Notes: generated by a model not told the origin, from the sequence alone. Shown: positions 10,001-21,359, numbered from the stretch's first letter. The stretch is 64,000 nucleotides of DNA from Vulcanimicrobiota bacterium (GCA_963777315.1 CAVZQC010000006.1:64001-128000), one strand, 5' to 3'. Translations and numbers: made by a program.

Positions 10001-10778
10001 TGCCAAAGCCGGGAAAGGTTCCCGTTTTGATGACCTGGTTGATGAAACCGGAAGTGCCGGCGGACGAAATGGACGCCGGGCCGCCGCCCGTGTAGACCTG
10101 CAGTTCCTGCAAGCCGAGGTTCGATTCCGTTGAAGAGTTGTAGTTGTCGAACGCGCGGTTGACGGGAACGCCGTCGTATTCGAACGCCGTGAAGTAGTAG
10201 TTGTTTCCACGGACGAACGGCGCCGTGTTGTTGTTCCAACCGGTTCCGCCGATCGGAACGTTGAGACCGGGAACCGACGACATCGCCGAATAGGCGCTGT
10301 CGAGGTTGCCGCCGCCGCCTAGCGGCGCCGCTGCAGCAGCCGCCGCAGAATTGACGCTGTAGATGTCGGCGGTAACGCCGGGCTTGACGAGGTTGCCCGC
10401 GGCTCTCGAAGTGACGCGCGCAATGGTTCGCAGCGCGCGCTGAAGTCGAAAGTTTTGCGAGCTGGTGTTGTCCGCGAACACCGTTATGCCCGGCTGCGAA
10501 ACGTCTTGGTAGTCCGTTTTTGCAGCCGAAACGGTGTACGTGTCGGGATTGAGCGCGAGAAAGATGTAGTGTCCTGCGGCGTCGGTCGTCCGGGTTGCTG
10601 TTTCGGACGGCGCGACTACCGTAACTGTCGCTCCCGCTATGGGAGCTCCCGTCGTAGCATCGAGCACGTTACCTTGGAGTCCGCCCGTGGTGCCTGCCAG
10701 TGCCCATGTTCCCTGGGCAAGCATTGCGAGGAGGAGCAGCAAGGCCGTGAACGCATGCCCGACTTTCAGTTTTGGCAT
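7019..10778 (-). CDS. TonB-dependent receptor with N-terminal carboxypeptidase-regulatory-like domain (+1 frameshift at ~8943)
   Basis: Signal peptide, GTTGGLQGNV...GATVTV prealbumin-like domain, plug (YDGVPVN, GFINQVIKTG), barrel strands (LGLRFD, PRASFTY), ends YFQLQIKL. ORFs 8829..10778 and 7019..8911 join; span 3760 nt = 3n+1. AAGGAGG SD. Confidence 0.88.
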
Positions 10779-10911
10779 GGTTCCTCCTTAATGAGGGGCC
10801 TAGTTGTTCGGCCGAATAGGGCATGGCGATGTGAACCGCCCCCAATTGCGACCGACAGGGAAGTTCTTTTCACGGATTCTTAATCCTCTGAGTGTCTGCT
10901 GAGAGGCACCC

Positions 10912-10950
10912 ACAAAAAAAAAGGGCTCCGTCCACGCGGACGGAGCCCTT
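10912..10950 (-). terminator. Intrinsic terminator between TBDR 2 and TBDR 1
   Basis: AAGGGCTCCGTCC-acgc-GGACGGAGCCCTT (10921-10950) with an A-run on + that reads as a U-tract on the minus strand. Confidence 0.9.
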
Positions 10951-10970
10951 CGGGCCAGGCGCTTTCTTGC

Positions 10971-13900
10971 TTACAGTTTGATCCGCGCCTCGAGGTAGAA
11001 GTTGAACGGCTGCAGGGTTGAGTTGCCGTCCACGTTCACCGCGCCCAAGTACGCCCCGTAGGGGTACTGCAGGAACGGCTGGATGCTCGCTCCGGGGTTG
11101 TAGACGTTCCCCACCGGCGGTATGACGCCGGCGGTGTTGAGGATGCCGTAACTGCAGACGTTGGAGTTGGCGATCGTCCACGCTTCCTTGGATCCGCCGA
11201 AACAGCGATTGACGAGGTTGGCAAACGTGCCGATGAGCGTGATCTTCGGGGACACGTCATAGCGCACTTGCAGATTCATCAAGAACTGAGTCGGGTTGAC
11301 GAACGCGCCCGGCTGATCGAACGTCTTGGTGTACGGATTCGGGATGACGATCGTCGAGGCGCAGCTGAGCGCGTCGAATCCCGCTCCGCCGGGCGAACCG
11401 TACGGATAGCGGGACGGATCGACCGCCGTGGGAGCCGTAGCGCACCCGCCGGAAGCCGGGTCGATGCCCGGCGTGGTTTCCGGCGAACCGTACCGATTGC
11501 CCGCCATCAGCTGAAAGCTCGGTGTTATCGACCAGCGATCCCGTTTGTAGTTGAGCACGAGCGCCGCCGCGTACGGCACCTCGAACGAATCGGCCGATCC
11601 GCCGATGCCGCCAGGGAAGATGTCGTACACCGGGTAGCTCGCTCCCGAATTGAGCAATCCTTGCACCGGGGCGTTCCAATACGGATTGGCGATGGCCCCC
11701 GGTGTGGCGCAGGCTACACCCGCACCGGCATTGTTGTAACACGGCGAAGCCGCAGCGCCGGTGCTCGTCGCACCGCAGCGCGAATCGCCCGGGTTGCTCG
11801 CGCAGAACGACGTGTAGCCGTTGTAGGTCTGAATGTCGTTGTTGATTTGCGAAACGATCGTCGAACCGTTCGCGAGCGTATCGTAGTTGATGTAACTGTG
11901 GGTGTACGTCAGCGAGAGCAAACCGGAGAGGCCGTTCTGGTTGAAGTCGCCCTTGTTGATCTGAAACTCCACGCCTTCGCTGGTTTGGCGGCCGACGTTC
12001 AGTCCGGAGATGAAGCCCGTCGCCTGGTCCAGGAAGAAGTTTTGAATCTGATCCTTGGTCTTGCGGTAGAACGGCGTGAGTTTGAGCGACCAATCCGTTC
12101 CCTTCAAATGCTGCTCCCACGACACGTCGTAGTTGAGCGAGGTCGGCGGGCGCACTTCGTGTCCCGGCGTAGTAAAGCCGAACTTGTAGAAGTGCGAGCC
12201 CAAGAAGTCCGCGAGGTCTTCCTGCAGCACGTTGTACTGTTCGTACGCCGTGTTCGGGGGTTCGACGTATTTGCCGGCGCTGAAACGGAACACCGTGTTG
12301 GGGCTTGCCGTGTAGGTGCCGGATACGCGCGGCTGCAGCACGTTATAGGAAAGCACTTGCGCCGACGCATTGGTCAATTTCGTCGGCGACGTACCCGCCG
12401 GACAGACGCCCGGCGAGGTAGCGGGGACGACCGAAAAGCCGTTGGCCTCGACGCAATTGTTCAAGTTGTACGCGTTGAACCAAAATACCCGAGCCGGGTC
12501 GTTGGGATTGGTGTTCGACCCGTCGAATTCGAACCGGTCGTTGCGCAGTCCGAGGTTGATCAGCCAGCGCGAACTGGGACGCCACTGATCTTGAATCGAG
12601 AGCGACATGAATTTCGGCACGACGTTGTTATACGTTGCGTATAAGCTGTTTTCGTCGACGAAGTACGCGCACGATCCCGGACCGCCTCCGCAGTTGAGGG
12701 CGGTGACTGCGGCGGGTTGATCGCCCGCTGCGGTATCGTTGCAGAACGGATTGCCGGTGCTCTGCAGGCAACCCCAGTTCAGATACGTCGCCGCGCCTTG
12801 CGAGCAGGTCACGGGCGTCAACACGCCCGCTGTGCTCGTTGCGGTATTGTAGCAATACCCCGAGGTGGGAGCGTTCTTGTTCACCAGAACCGCAGCCATG
12901 CTGCGCGAACCAGCGAAGTTGAACATCTGCGTGTTGTTGTCGCGCACCGAGCTTGCCGTCGTGTAATTTCCTTGGATGTTGAGCAGGTGCTGGGTTCCCA
13001 GCTGAGCTGCGAACTGCGCCGATACGCCCCGCGTATGCGAGCTGAGTTCGTAGTCGGGAGAAACCGAGCAGCCGTAGTTGCTGAACGCGCAAACCGGACC
13101 GTTCTGCAGCCAGTCGGAGTAGTACGTGTAACCGTACGCGCGCAGGTACGCGCTGGATCCGAAGTTCTTCTGATACTGCAGTTTGACGATCTCCTGATCG
13201 TTCCAGACCGTGTCGCGCTGATTGACGGGGATCTGCGTGCCCGCGCCCGTGTAGCTGAAGGCGGGATGCGGCGCGGAGTTCGGATAGAGATACGGCGAGA
13301 CGAGGGAGCTGTAATTGCTCGGCAGCAATGCGCCCACGGGACCGCCCCATTGGAAGCCGTCGTAGTAGATCGGGCCGCCGGCGTTGTTCGAGTTGGCCGG
13401 GTAGTTGCCCAGGCCTCCGGAGTCGTTGGTCGATTCGTAGAAGCCGTTGTGCAGCATGCTGCTGTCCCAGAGCAGACTGCAAGTCGTCGCGGCCCGAGTC
13501 GTTGTGATGCGGGATGCCGAAGTGCAGATTCACCACCACGTCGCGATCGGCGATGTCCGAAGCCGACGCGAACTGATACGGCGCTTGGATATATCCGCCC
13601 GGCCCCGCGAACCCATTGGCGTAACAGCCGCTGTAATTGATAATGGTCCCAGGGGGTACACCGGGCGCCGCTACGCAGCCGCCGACCGGCGTCAACTGCA
13701 CGAGCGCCGGACCGAGATCCGTATAGCCTGCGGCGTTCTGCTGGTCGACGTACCTGAACGCCTGATTGTATCCGCCGACGCCCGCATAGTACGAAAACAG
13801 CCGGTTGGGCGAAGCGCCGCCGACTTCGACGGACGCCTTGTGATAGAACACCGGGGTGCCCACGCCCAGCGCAGCTTCGCTAAAGCCGGGATACGTGCCG

Positions 13901-14652
13901 GATTTGATCACTTGATTGATGTATCCGGCCAAGCCTTGGCCTTCGGAGTTTGCCGGGGTCGCGCCGGTATAGACTTGCAGTTCCGACATGCCCAGCGACG
14001 ACAGCTGTCCCGAGGGATAGTTGTCGAACGAACGGTTTACCGGAACGCCGTCGAATTCGTAGCCGACCTGATCGTAGTCGCCGCCGCGAATGTGGACGGT
14101 TTGGAAATAGCCGGCCTGATTGAGCGGCATTACTGCGCCCGGAACCGATGCAACGGCCGAATAGGCGCTGTTCAAACTGCCGCCGCCGCCCAGCGCGCTA
14201 ATCCGGTCCTGCGTTGACGCATTGACGGAGTAGACGTCGGCGGTCGTGCCGGACTTTACCAGGCTGCTCGCAGCAGCCGACCGGACTGACGCAATCGTTT
14301 TGAGCGTCCGGTGCAAGGACACCGTGGCGATTTGCGTTGAGTCCGCGAATACCGTTACGCCGGAAACGCTGGCCGCATCGTAGCCGTCTTTTTTGGCCGA
14401 TACGGTGTACGTGTCGGGCGTCAATGAGAGGAACGTGAAATGCCCGGTTGCGTCGGTCGTCGTCGTGGAGTTTTGAGAAGGTGCCGATGCCGTTACGCTT
14501 GCGTTTGCAATCGGCGAACCTGTCTCCATATCCACGACCGTTCCGCTCAGTCCGCCGGTCGTGCCCGCCAGTGCCCATGTTCCCTGGGCAAGCATCGCTA
14601 CGGCCAAAAGCGCGGAAACCAACACATGCCGGAATCTGTTCGATCTTGGCAT
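10971..14652 (-). CDS. TonB-dependent receptor, paralogue of the adjacent gene (+1 frameshift at ~13476)
   Basis: MPRSNRF...AQGTWALAGTTGGL, FDGVPVNRSFDNY, GYINQVIKSG, LGLRND, QPRVSGTY, ends YLEARIKL. GGAGG SD before ATG 14652. Removing one base at 13476 restores LQLLW, as in the paralogue. Confidence 0.88.
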
Positions 14653-14770
14653 TGTGCCTCCAGTATGAAGTGAATTACGCCCGGGGTGCGCCAATCCGGC
14701 GGCATCCAGGCGCAACAAGAGCGCTTCTTCGGCCGGCAGAGTGACTCCCTGCGGATTTTCGAGCGTCCGG

Positions 14771-15649
14771 CTACGTCCGCACGCGCATGCGCTGCTCGAG
14801 CAGGGCCGGGATCTGCGAAGGCCGGTCGGCAACCGGAACCCCAGCCGCGACGAAGGCATCGATTTTGCTCTGCGGCGTGCCGAACTTGCCCGAAATGATG
14901 GCGCCCGCATGGCCCAGCGATTTGCCGGCCGGCGCATTGCGGCCGCCGATGAACGCCACGATCGCAGCGCCGGCCATGTGTTCTTTAATGAAGGCCGCCG
15001 CGTCTTCTTCGTCCGAGCCCCCGATCTCGCCGCAGAGCACCAGGGCGCGGGTCTGACCGTCGTTGTTGAACTCGCGCAGACAATCGACGAACGTCGTGCC
15101 GATGATTGGGTCGCCGCCGATGCCCACCGCAGTCGATTGGCCAAAGCCTGCCCGCGTGAGTAGATCGACCACTTCGTACGTCAGCGTACCCGATCGTGAA
15201 ATCACGCCCACGTCGCCTTCTTTGAACACGTGTCCGGGCATGATGCCGATCGACGATTTGCCCGGCGAGATCAGGCCCGGACAATTCGGGCCGATGATGC
15301 GCATGCCGGGCGTGGCGGCCACGACCTTGAGCACGTCGTGCACCGGCAGCCCTTCGGTGATACAGACGGCGAACGTAATGCCCGCATCGTGCGCTTCGAA
15401 CAGCGCGTCGGCCGCAAACGGCGGAGGCACGAAGATGCAGGTGTGCGTTGCTCCGGTGGCGTCGACGGCATCTTTGACCGTATCGAATACCGGCAATCCG
15501 TGCGCGGATTTCTGCCCACCTTTGCCGGGCGTAACGCCGCCGACGATCTTCGTGCCGTACTCGAGCATGCGACCGGTGTGATACGACCCTTCCGCTCCCG
15601 TTATGCCTTGCACGATCGCCTTGGTGTTTTTGTCGATGAAGATGCTCAT
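14771..15649 (-). CDS. sucD: Succinyl-CoA ligase alpha subunit
   Basis: [47 protein letters not shown]. Confidence 0.97.
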   Translation of the reverse strand: MSIFIDKNTKAIVQGITGAEGSYHTGRMLEYGTKIVGGVTPGKGGQKSAHGLPVFDTVKDAVDATGATHTCIFVPPPFAADALFEAHDAGITFAVCITEGLPVHDVLKVVAATPGMRIIGPNCPGLISPGKSSIGIMPGHVFKEGDVGVISRSGTLTYEVVDLLTRAGFGQSTAVGIGGDPIIGTTFVDCLREFNNDGQTRALVLCGEIGGSDEEDAAAFIKEHMAGAAIVAFIGGRNAPAGKSLGHAGAIISGKFGTPQSKIDAFVAAGVPVADRPSQIPALLEQRMRVRT

Positions 15650-16815
15650 GATGCGCGAGCCAGCTCGACGGCGGCGGACGCGCCCTCGTCCATGGTCTGC
15701 ACCGGCGCCATGCCGGCTTGCGCGAGTATTTCGCGCCCTTGTTCTTCGTTCGTTCCCGTCAAACGGATCACGAGCGGCACTCTGCGCGACGACGTCGTCG
15801 CGAGCGCTTCGACGATGCCCTTTGCGACCTCGTCGCAGCGCGTGATGCCGCCGAAGATGTTGATGAAAAAGACTTTCGCGCCGGTATGGTTCATCACCAA
15901 CTCGTAGCAATTGCGCACGCGTTCGGCATTGGCTCCGCCGCCCACGTCCAAAAAGTTCGCGAACGTGCCCCCCGCGTTCTTGACAGCGTCCATCGTGCCC
16001 ATCGCAAGACCCGCGCCGTTGGCCATCGTGCCGACCGTGCCGTCGAACCGGCGAAAATTGCGGATGCCCAAACCCGCTTGCACGGCGAGCGTTTCGTCTT
16101 CGTCCAGCGGCAGCGAGGCTTGCCACTGCTTGAACTCGGGGTTCTTGTACAGCGCGTCGTCGTCCAATTCAACTTTGGAGTCCGACGCAAAGACGCGACC
16201 GTCGGCGGTGAGGGCCAGCGGGTTTATTTCCACCAATTTGGCGCCGTAGCGAAAAAACAGATCGTACAGGCCGGCGGCGATTTGCGGTAACGCTTTGCGG
16301 TATCCCGCATCCAGTTGCGATGCGAATGCCAGCTCGCGGCCCGCGAACGGCCAATAGCCCTGCGCGGTATCGACGAAAAATTTGGCGATCGAATCGGGAT
16401 GCTGCTCGGCGACTTCTTCGATGTCCATGCCGCCGAAACGGCTGACCATGAAAACGGGCTTCTTGGTGGTGCGGTCGATCGCCATCGCGCAGTACGCCTC
16501 TTTGGCGATGGGAAGCTTCTCTTCAATCAGCAGCGAGTCGATCGGCTCGCCGCTGGGATTCTGACGATTGCCGGGCATCGGCGTCGCCATGATTTCCTCG
16601 GCAACCGTGCGTGCTTCGCCGGCCGTTTTCGCAAATTTGATCTTGCCGGCTTTTCCGCGGCCGCCCATCAGCACTTGCGCTTTGACGACCCAATCGCCGG
16701 GGTTGGCGCCCACGAAACTCGCCGCTTCGCCGGGCGTCGTAACGTGCGCCCCGCGCGGAACCGGAATGCCCGCACGGCGGAACAGTTCCTTTCCTTGATA
16801 TTCCATCAGATTCAT
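15646..16815 (-). CDS. sucC: Succinyl-CoA ligase beta subunit
   Basis: MNLMEYQGK, VVKAQVLMGGRGKAG, GGMDIEEVA, EINPL, NGAGLAM, NFLDVGGGA, NIFGGITRCD. Confidence 0.97.
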   Translation of the reverse strand: MNLMEYQGKELFRRAGIPVPRGAHVTTPGEAASFVGANPGDWVVKAQVLMGGRGKAGKIKFAKTAGEARTVAEEIMATPMPGNRQNPSGEPIDSLLIEEKLPIAKEAYCAMAIDRTTKKPVFMVSRFGGMDIEEVAEQHPDSIAKFFVDTAQGYWPFAGRELAFASQLDAGYRKALPQIAAGLYDLFFRYGAKLVEINPLALTADGRVFASDSKVELDDDALYKNPEFKQWQASLPLDEDETLAVQAGLGIRNFRRFDGTVGTMANGAGLAMGTMDAVKNAGGTFANFLDVGGGANAERVRNCYELVMNHTGAKVFFINIFGGITRCDEVAKGIVEALATTSSRRVPLVIRLTGTNEEQGREILAQAGMAPVQTMDEGASAAVELARAS

Positions 16816-16986
16816 GTCGTCGGCCTAATGCTCTCATCAGAGGTGCGATTCCCGTTGCCGTTACCACATTGGGCGGCTTCCACGTTTCCATTGCGCGATT
16901 GCGTGGACGCAGATCGCTCGGGGATTGGCAGATTCTTGCTCAGGGGCGCTACGACGCCGGCCCGACCACGGTCCCGCAGAACAAAC

Positions 16987-17016
16987 TTGAAAACTAAGCG
17001 GTGCTTGGGTTATAAT
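16987..17016 (+). promoter_or_regulatory. Sigma70-type promoter for the DUF4160/DUF2442 pair (probably leaderless)
   Basis: TTGAAA 16987-16992, 18-nt spacer, TATAAT 17011-17016. ATG follows 8 nt later at 17025. Confidence 0.65.
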
Positions 17017-17024
17017 TCTAGTGC

Positions 17025-17199
17025 ATGGGCTCGAGGCCGCCATTTTCACGCCTTCGTGGGCGACGGTGAAGTCGTGATCGAGCTCACGTCCGATCGGCGC
17101 GTCATCTTATCCGCACGTGAAGACGCTATTCGGGGCGTAACGCGCAACACAGCACTTCGATGTGAGCTTGCAGAACTTTGGAAGGAAGCACATGGCTAA
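17025..17199 (+). pseudogene. DUF4160-family remnant, internally deleted and frameshifted
   Basis: ATG GGC TCG is out of frame with RHFHAFVGDGEVVIEL...ELAELWKEAHG. The HxH and W-x3-HG end resemble DUF4160. Overlaps the start of a DUF2442 gene. Confidence 0.6.
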
Positions 17200-17620
17200 G
17201 GCTAAAGCGCATGCAGATGTAACAGATGCAGAAATCGACGCTGCCATCGCACGAGGAAAGGCGTTTGAGAAGTATGCGCCGCGCGCTGTTAAGGCCGCGT
17301 ATCGGGAGAAAGACGACGTGATTGCTATCACCCTTTCGACCGGCGTCGAAATCGCAATTCCACGCAAACTCCTTCAGGGCTTGAAAGGCGCGGACCCGGT
17401 CGACGTGGGGCAAATCCAAATTCTGGGACCAGGATCAATGCTGCATTGGGAAACTCTTGATGTGGACCACGGCCTTGCGAGTCTGCTGAAGGGCGTTTTT
17501 GGGAATCGGCGCTGGATGAGCGAGATCGGACGGCGAGGCGGTTTGGCACAGTCCGCAGCAAAGCGCGCGGCAGCGCGTCGAAATGGTCGGAAAGGCGGAC
17601 GTCCGCGCAAGGCCGCCTGA
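17192..17620 (+). CDS. DUF2442 domain-containing protein (putative antitoxin)
   Basis: IAITLSTGVEIAIP...LQGL...GSMLHWETLDVD...GVFGNRRWM, plus the basic tail AARRNGRKGGRPRK. GAAGGA SD. Confidence 0.85.
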   Translation: MAKAKAHADVTDAEIDAAIARGKAFEKYAPRAVKAAYREKDDVIAITLSTGVEIAIPRKLLQGLKGADPVDVGQIQILGPGSMLHWETLDVDHGLASLLKGVFGNRRWMSEIGRRGGLAQSAAKRAAARRNGRKGGRPRKAA

Positions 17621-17645
17621 TCGACTGCGCCGGCTAAACGGTGAC

Positions 17646-18812
17646 TCACAGCTTTCCCAAATACGATCGCGCCACGATCATCTGCTGAATCTCCGAAGTG
17701 CCTTCGTAGATCTCCGTGATCTTGGCGTCGCGATAATACCGCTCGACGGGAAACTCCGTCGTGTATCCGTATCCGCCGTGAATCTGAATCGCTTCGGCCG
17801 CGTGCTTGCGCGCCGCCGTCGAGGCAAAATACTTGGCTTTGCTGGCTTGCGCGGCAAACGGTTTGCCGGCATCGTACAAGGCTGCGGTGCTGTAGGTCAG
17901 CAAACGCGCCGCGTCGAGATCCGTGCCCATCTGCGCGATCTTGAACGCGATGCCTTCGAACGCGCCGATGGGCCGCCCGAACGCCACGCGCTCGCGCGCA
18001 AACTTCACCGACGCATCCAAACATGCGGCCAAAATCCCGCACGCCTGCGCCGCGATGCCGATGCGCCCGCCCGTCAGCGCGGTGAGCGCGTTGCTGAAGC
18101 CCGCGCCTTCGTCACCCAACCGCGCAGCATCGTCGACTTTCACGTTATCGAACGCGATATCGCACGTGTTGCTGGTGTGAATGCCCAATTTGTCGGTGAT
18201 CTTCTCCACGACCAGGCCGGGTTTACCGTTGTCGATGAGAAATGCGCTCACGCCTTTTGAACCGGCGCCTCCGGTCCGAAACATCCCCATGATTACCGTC
18301 GAATAGCTGCCGTTGGTGCACCATTGCTTGCGCCCGTTGAGCACATAGCCGCCGGGCACGCGCGTTGCCGTCGAACGTAGGCCCGCGGCATCCGAGCCGG
18401 CGTCGGATTCCGTGAGCGCGAAGGCCGCGATGGTGTCTTCTTGCGCAAGACTCGGAAGATACCGGCGCTTCTGCTCTTGGCTTCCGAGCTTGAGAATCGC
18501 CATCGAAATCATCGAGTGCACGGAAACGGTCACCGCCGATCCGGCGTCGACCCGCGCGAGTTCTTCGATCGCGCGCGCGTACGACACGTAATCCGCCCCC
18601 GAGCCGCCGTATTCTTCGGGCACGAGCAGACCCATGATGCCGGCGGCAGTGAGTTTGCCGAACAGTTCGCGCGGAAAATAATGATCGCGATCCCACTGTG
18701 CGATGTGCGGCGCAATCTCGCGCTGGGCGATCTGGGCTGCAAGTTCGCCGACTTGGCGCTGATCTTCGGTGAGTTCGTATGCCGTAGCGCTGGGATCAGC
18801 GCGCTGCGTAAT
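17646..18812 (-). CDS. Acyl-CoA dehydrogenase (butyryl-CoA dehydrogenase-like); probable ATT start
   Basis: [53 protein letters not shown]. In-frame ATT at 18812 follows GGGAAGGGA. Confidence 0.93.
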   Translation of the reverse strand: MTQRADPSATAYELTEDQRQVGELAAQIAQREIAPHIAQWDRDHYFPRELFGKLTAAGIMGLLVPEEYGGSGADYVSYARAIEELARVDAGSAVTVSVHSMISMAILKLGSQEQKRRYLPSLAQEDTIAAFALTESDAGSDAAGLRSTATRVPGGYVLNGRKQWCTNGSYSTVIMGMFRTGGAGSKGVSAFLIDNGKPGLVVEKITDKLGIHTSNTCDIAFDNVKVDDAARLGDEGAGFSNALTALTGGRIGIAAQACGILAACLDASVKFARERVAFGRPIGAFEGIAFKIAQMGTDLDAARLLTYSTAALYDAGKPFAAQASKAKYFASTAARKHAAEAIQIHGGYGYTTEFPVERYYRDAKITEIYEGTSEIQQMIVARSYLGKL

Positions 18813-19642
18813 CGTAAAATCCCTTCCCGGATTTTTTCCCGTACCAGCCGGCGGCAACGTACTGCTTGAGCAGCGGGCACGGCCGGTATTTGGTGTCGGC
18901 GAAGCCGTCGTACAGCACGTTCATGATGGCAAGGCACGTATCCAATCCGATGAAGTCGGCCAGCTGCAGCGGACCCATCGGATGATTCATTCCCAGTTTC
19001 ATCACCGTATCGATTGCATCGGGAGAACCCACGCCTTCGTACAAAGCGTAGATCGCCTCGTTGATCATCGGCATGAGCACGCGGTTGGAAACGAAACCGG
19101 GAAAGTCGCGCACTTCTACCGGCGTCTTGTCGAGATCGCGCGCCAGCTGCTGCGTGAAGTCGTACGTTTCTTGGGAGGTTGCGATACCGCGAATGATCTC
19201 GACGAGCTGCATTACGGGCACCGGGTTCATGAAGTGCATGCCGATGACCCGCTCGGGGCGCTTGGTGGCCGCACCTAAGCTCGTGATGGAGATCGAAGAC
19301 GTATTGCTGGCCAGGATTGCCTCGGGCGGGGTCGATCGATCGAGCGATCGGAACAGCTCGAGTTTGAGGTCAAGGTCTTCGGTAGCCGCTTCGATGGCGA
19401 CGTCGACGTCAAAATCTTTGATCGCGGTTTCCGGCCGAATGTGCGTGAGAACGGTCCCGCGCTGCTCTTGCGTGAAGCGTCCTTTCTCCACGCCGCGGTC
19501 CAGCGTGCGCTCGATGGCCGCAAGCCCGCGATTGACGCTGGCTTCGTCGCGATCGACCAAAATGACCGAATTGTGGTGCATTGCCGCGACTTGAGCTATG
19601 CCGGACCCCATTTGTCCGGCTCCCACGACAGACTATCCGCAC
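18796..19642 (-). CDS. hbd: 3-hydroxybutyryl-CoA dehydrogenase (+1 frameshift at ~19632)
   Basis: [49 protein letters not shown] at 19642 gives MRIAVVGAG if one base is removed. Confidence 0.93.
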
Positions 19643-19650
19643 GCGCAGAA

Positions 19651-21003
19651 TTACTCGACGCGCACGAGTACGGCGTCGCCTTGGCCTCCGCCGCTGCAGA
19701 TCGCAGCCACGCCCAGGCCGCCTCCGCGCGCGCGAAGCTGATGAACGACCGTGCCTATCAGGCGCGCGCCGCTCGCGCCGATCGGATGCCCCATGGCAAC
19801 CGCACCGCCGAGCTTGTTGATTTGCTCGGGGTCGAGGCCTAATCTGCGGGCCGACGTTATCGCGACCGCGGAAAACGCTTCGTTGATCTCCCAAACGTCG
19901 ATTTGATCGGCGCGCAAGCCGCTCTTCGCGAGCAGCTTTTGCGCGGCCATCGCGGGGGTGAGCGCAATGTACGGCGAGTCCCACGCGACGGCCGCATGGC
20001 CCAGTACGCTGCCGATGACGCTGCAGCCGTGCTCGCGCGCGTAGCGATCGCTTGCGAGCACCATCGCGGCTGCGCCGTCGTTGACGCCGGGCGCGTTGCC
20101 CGCGGTGATCGTGCCGTCTTTGTCCAGCGGTTTGAGCTTGGCCATTGCTTCCAAACTCGCGTCGGCGCGCACGCCTTCATCGCGATCGACCGCCGTGCTT
20201 GGAACGTCGCCCGTGACGAACGGCGCCCACTGCGCGTAGTCGAGCGTAAATTCAGCGGAAGGTTCATGCGACCACAAGTCGTCCGCGGACGAGCTCGACG
20301 AACCGGCGGCCACCGGAACGCGTGCGCGGGCCGGCAGTGGGAGCGCATCGACGACGATCTTGCCTTTGGCCTTGGAGGCTACGCGAACCGGAATGATTTC
20401 AGCGGCAAGCTTGCCGGTTTGCTGAGCATGCGCGGCGCGGCGGTGGCTCTCGTACGCGAAACGATCCTGCTCTTCGCGCGAGACGCCCAGCTCGCCGGCG
20501 ACCTTTGCTCCCTGAGCGGCCATCGTCATCGGAAAATAGTAGTCCCACAGCCCGTCGTGAATCATCGCGTCGATCAGCCGTCCGTCGCCGAAGCGGTATC
20601 CACCGCGCGCGTCCTTTAATAGATACGGCGCGTTGGACATCGACTCCATGCCGCCGGCGCCGACCACGTCGTTGCTGCCTTCGTTGATGAGCCGGGCGGC
20701 ATTGACGATCGCGAGCAGGCCGGAAGCGCACACTTTGTTGACCGTTTCAGCCGTTACGGTCTTGGCCAAGCCGCTTTTGAAGCCGACTTGGCGCGCGGGA
20801 TTCTGGCCCACGCCGGCCTGAAGCACTTCTCCCATGATGACGTGCTCGATTTCGGCCGGGTCGACGCCCGAGCGCTCGATTGCGGCCACCATGGCGGCGG
20901 CCCCCAGCGTAGTCGCCTCCAGCGGGGCAAGCGCGCCGCCCAGACGCCCGAACGGGGTACGCGCGGTGCCCAAAATCACCGCCTTGGAACCATTGGAATT
21001 CAT
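19651..21003 (-). CDS. Acetyl-CoA C-acyltransferase (thiolase) with an internal insertion
   Basis: RTPFG, VNKVCASG, GGMESMS, NDGAAA, EINEAF, GHPIGASG, CSGGGQG. Confidence 0.95.
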   Translation of the reverse strand: MNSNGSKAVILGTARTPFGRLGGALAPLEATTLGAAAMVAAIERSGVDPAEIEHVIMGEVLQAGVGQNPARQVGFKSGLAKTVTAETVNKVCASGLLAIVNAARLINEGSNDVVGAGGMESMSNAPYLLKDARGGYRFGDGRLIDAMIHDGLWDYYFPMTMAAQGAKVAGELGVSREEQDRFAYESHRRAAHAQQTGKLAAEIIPVRVASKAKGKIVVDALPLPARARVPVAAGSSSSSADDLWSHEPSAEFTLDYAQWAPFVTGDVPSTAVDRDEGVRADASLEAMAKLKPLDKDGTITAGNAPGVNDGAAAMVLASDRYAREHGCSVIGSVLGHAAVAWDSPYIALTPAMAAQKLLAKSGLRADQIDVWEINEAFSAVAITSARRLGLDPEQINKLGGAVAMGHPIGASGARLIGTVVHQLRARGGGLGVAAICSGGGQGDAVLVRVE

Positions 21004-21112
21004 ACACGAGAACGCTTCGTGACGCTCCAGAAGGGGTCCTTATGCCGCTGCTTGCGCTTGACGCCCTACGTGGTAAACTAGTCTATGAACTAGTGCAAAG
21101 GAAGAGCGCGCC

Positions 21113-21349
21113 ATGAGATCCGTCGGGGCATACGAGGCTAAGGCTAACTTGTCTAAACTCTTGGAAGCGGTCGAAGCGGGCGAGTCCATTACGATAACTC
21201 GCAACGGCAAAGCGGTCGCGGAAATTCGCCCGATCGACCGCCGCGCACGAGCTCGGCAGGCTATTGCGGCTATAACTCAATTGCGCCGAGGTCTGACTCT
21301 GGGCGGCATTTCGGTGCGAGAACTCGTCGAGCACGGCCGCAAGCAATAG
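21113..21349 (+). CDS. Phd/YefM family antitoxin
   Basis: VGAYEAKANLSKLLEAVEAGESITITRNGKAVA, ends VRELVEHGRK. Confidence 0.9.
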   Translation: MRSVGAYEAKANLSKLLEAVEAGESITITRNGKAVAEIRPIDRRARARQAIAAITQLRRGLTLGGISVRELVEHGRKQ

Positions 21350-21359
21350 TAGGGCCGGC

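Noticed and set aside
10779..10911. Riboswitch or ncRNA in the TBDR1 leader; palindrome GGATT-ctt-AATCC at 10874-10886
   Set aside because: No recognisable riboswitch motif. The palindrome is a single occurrence, too weak to call an operator.
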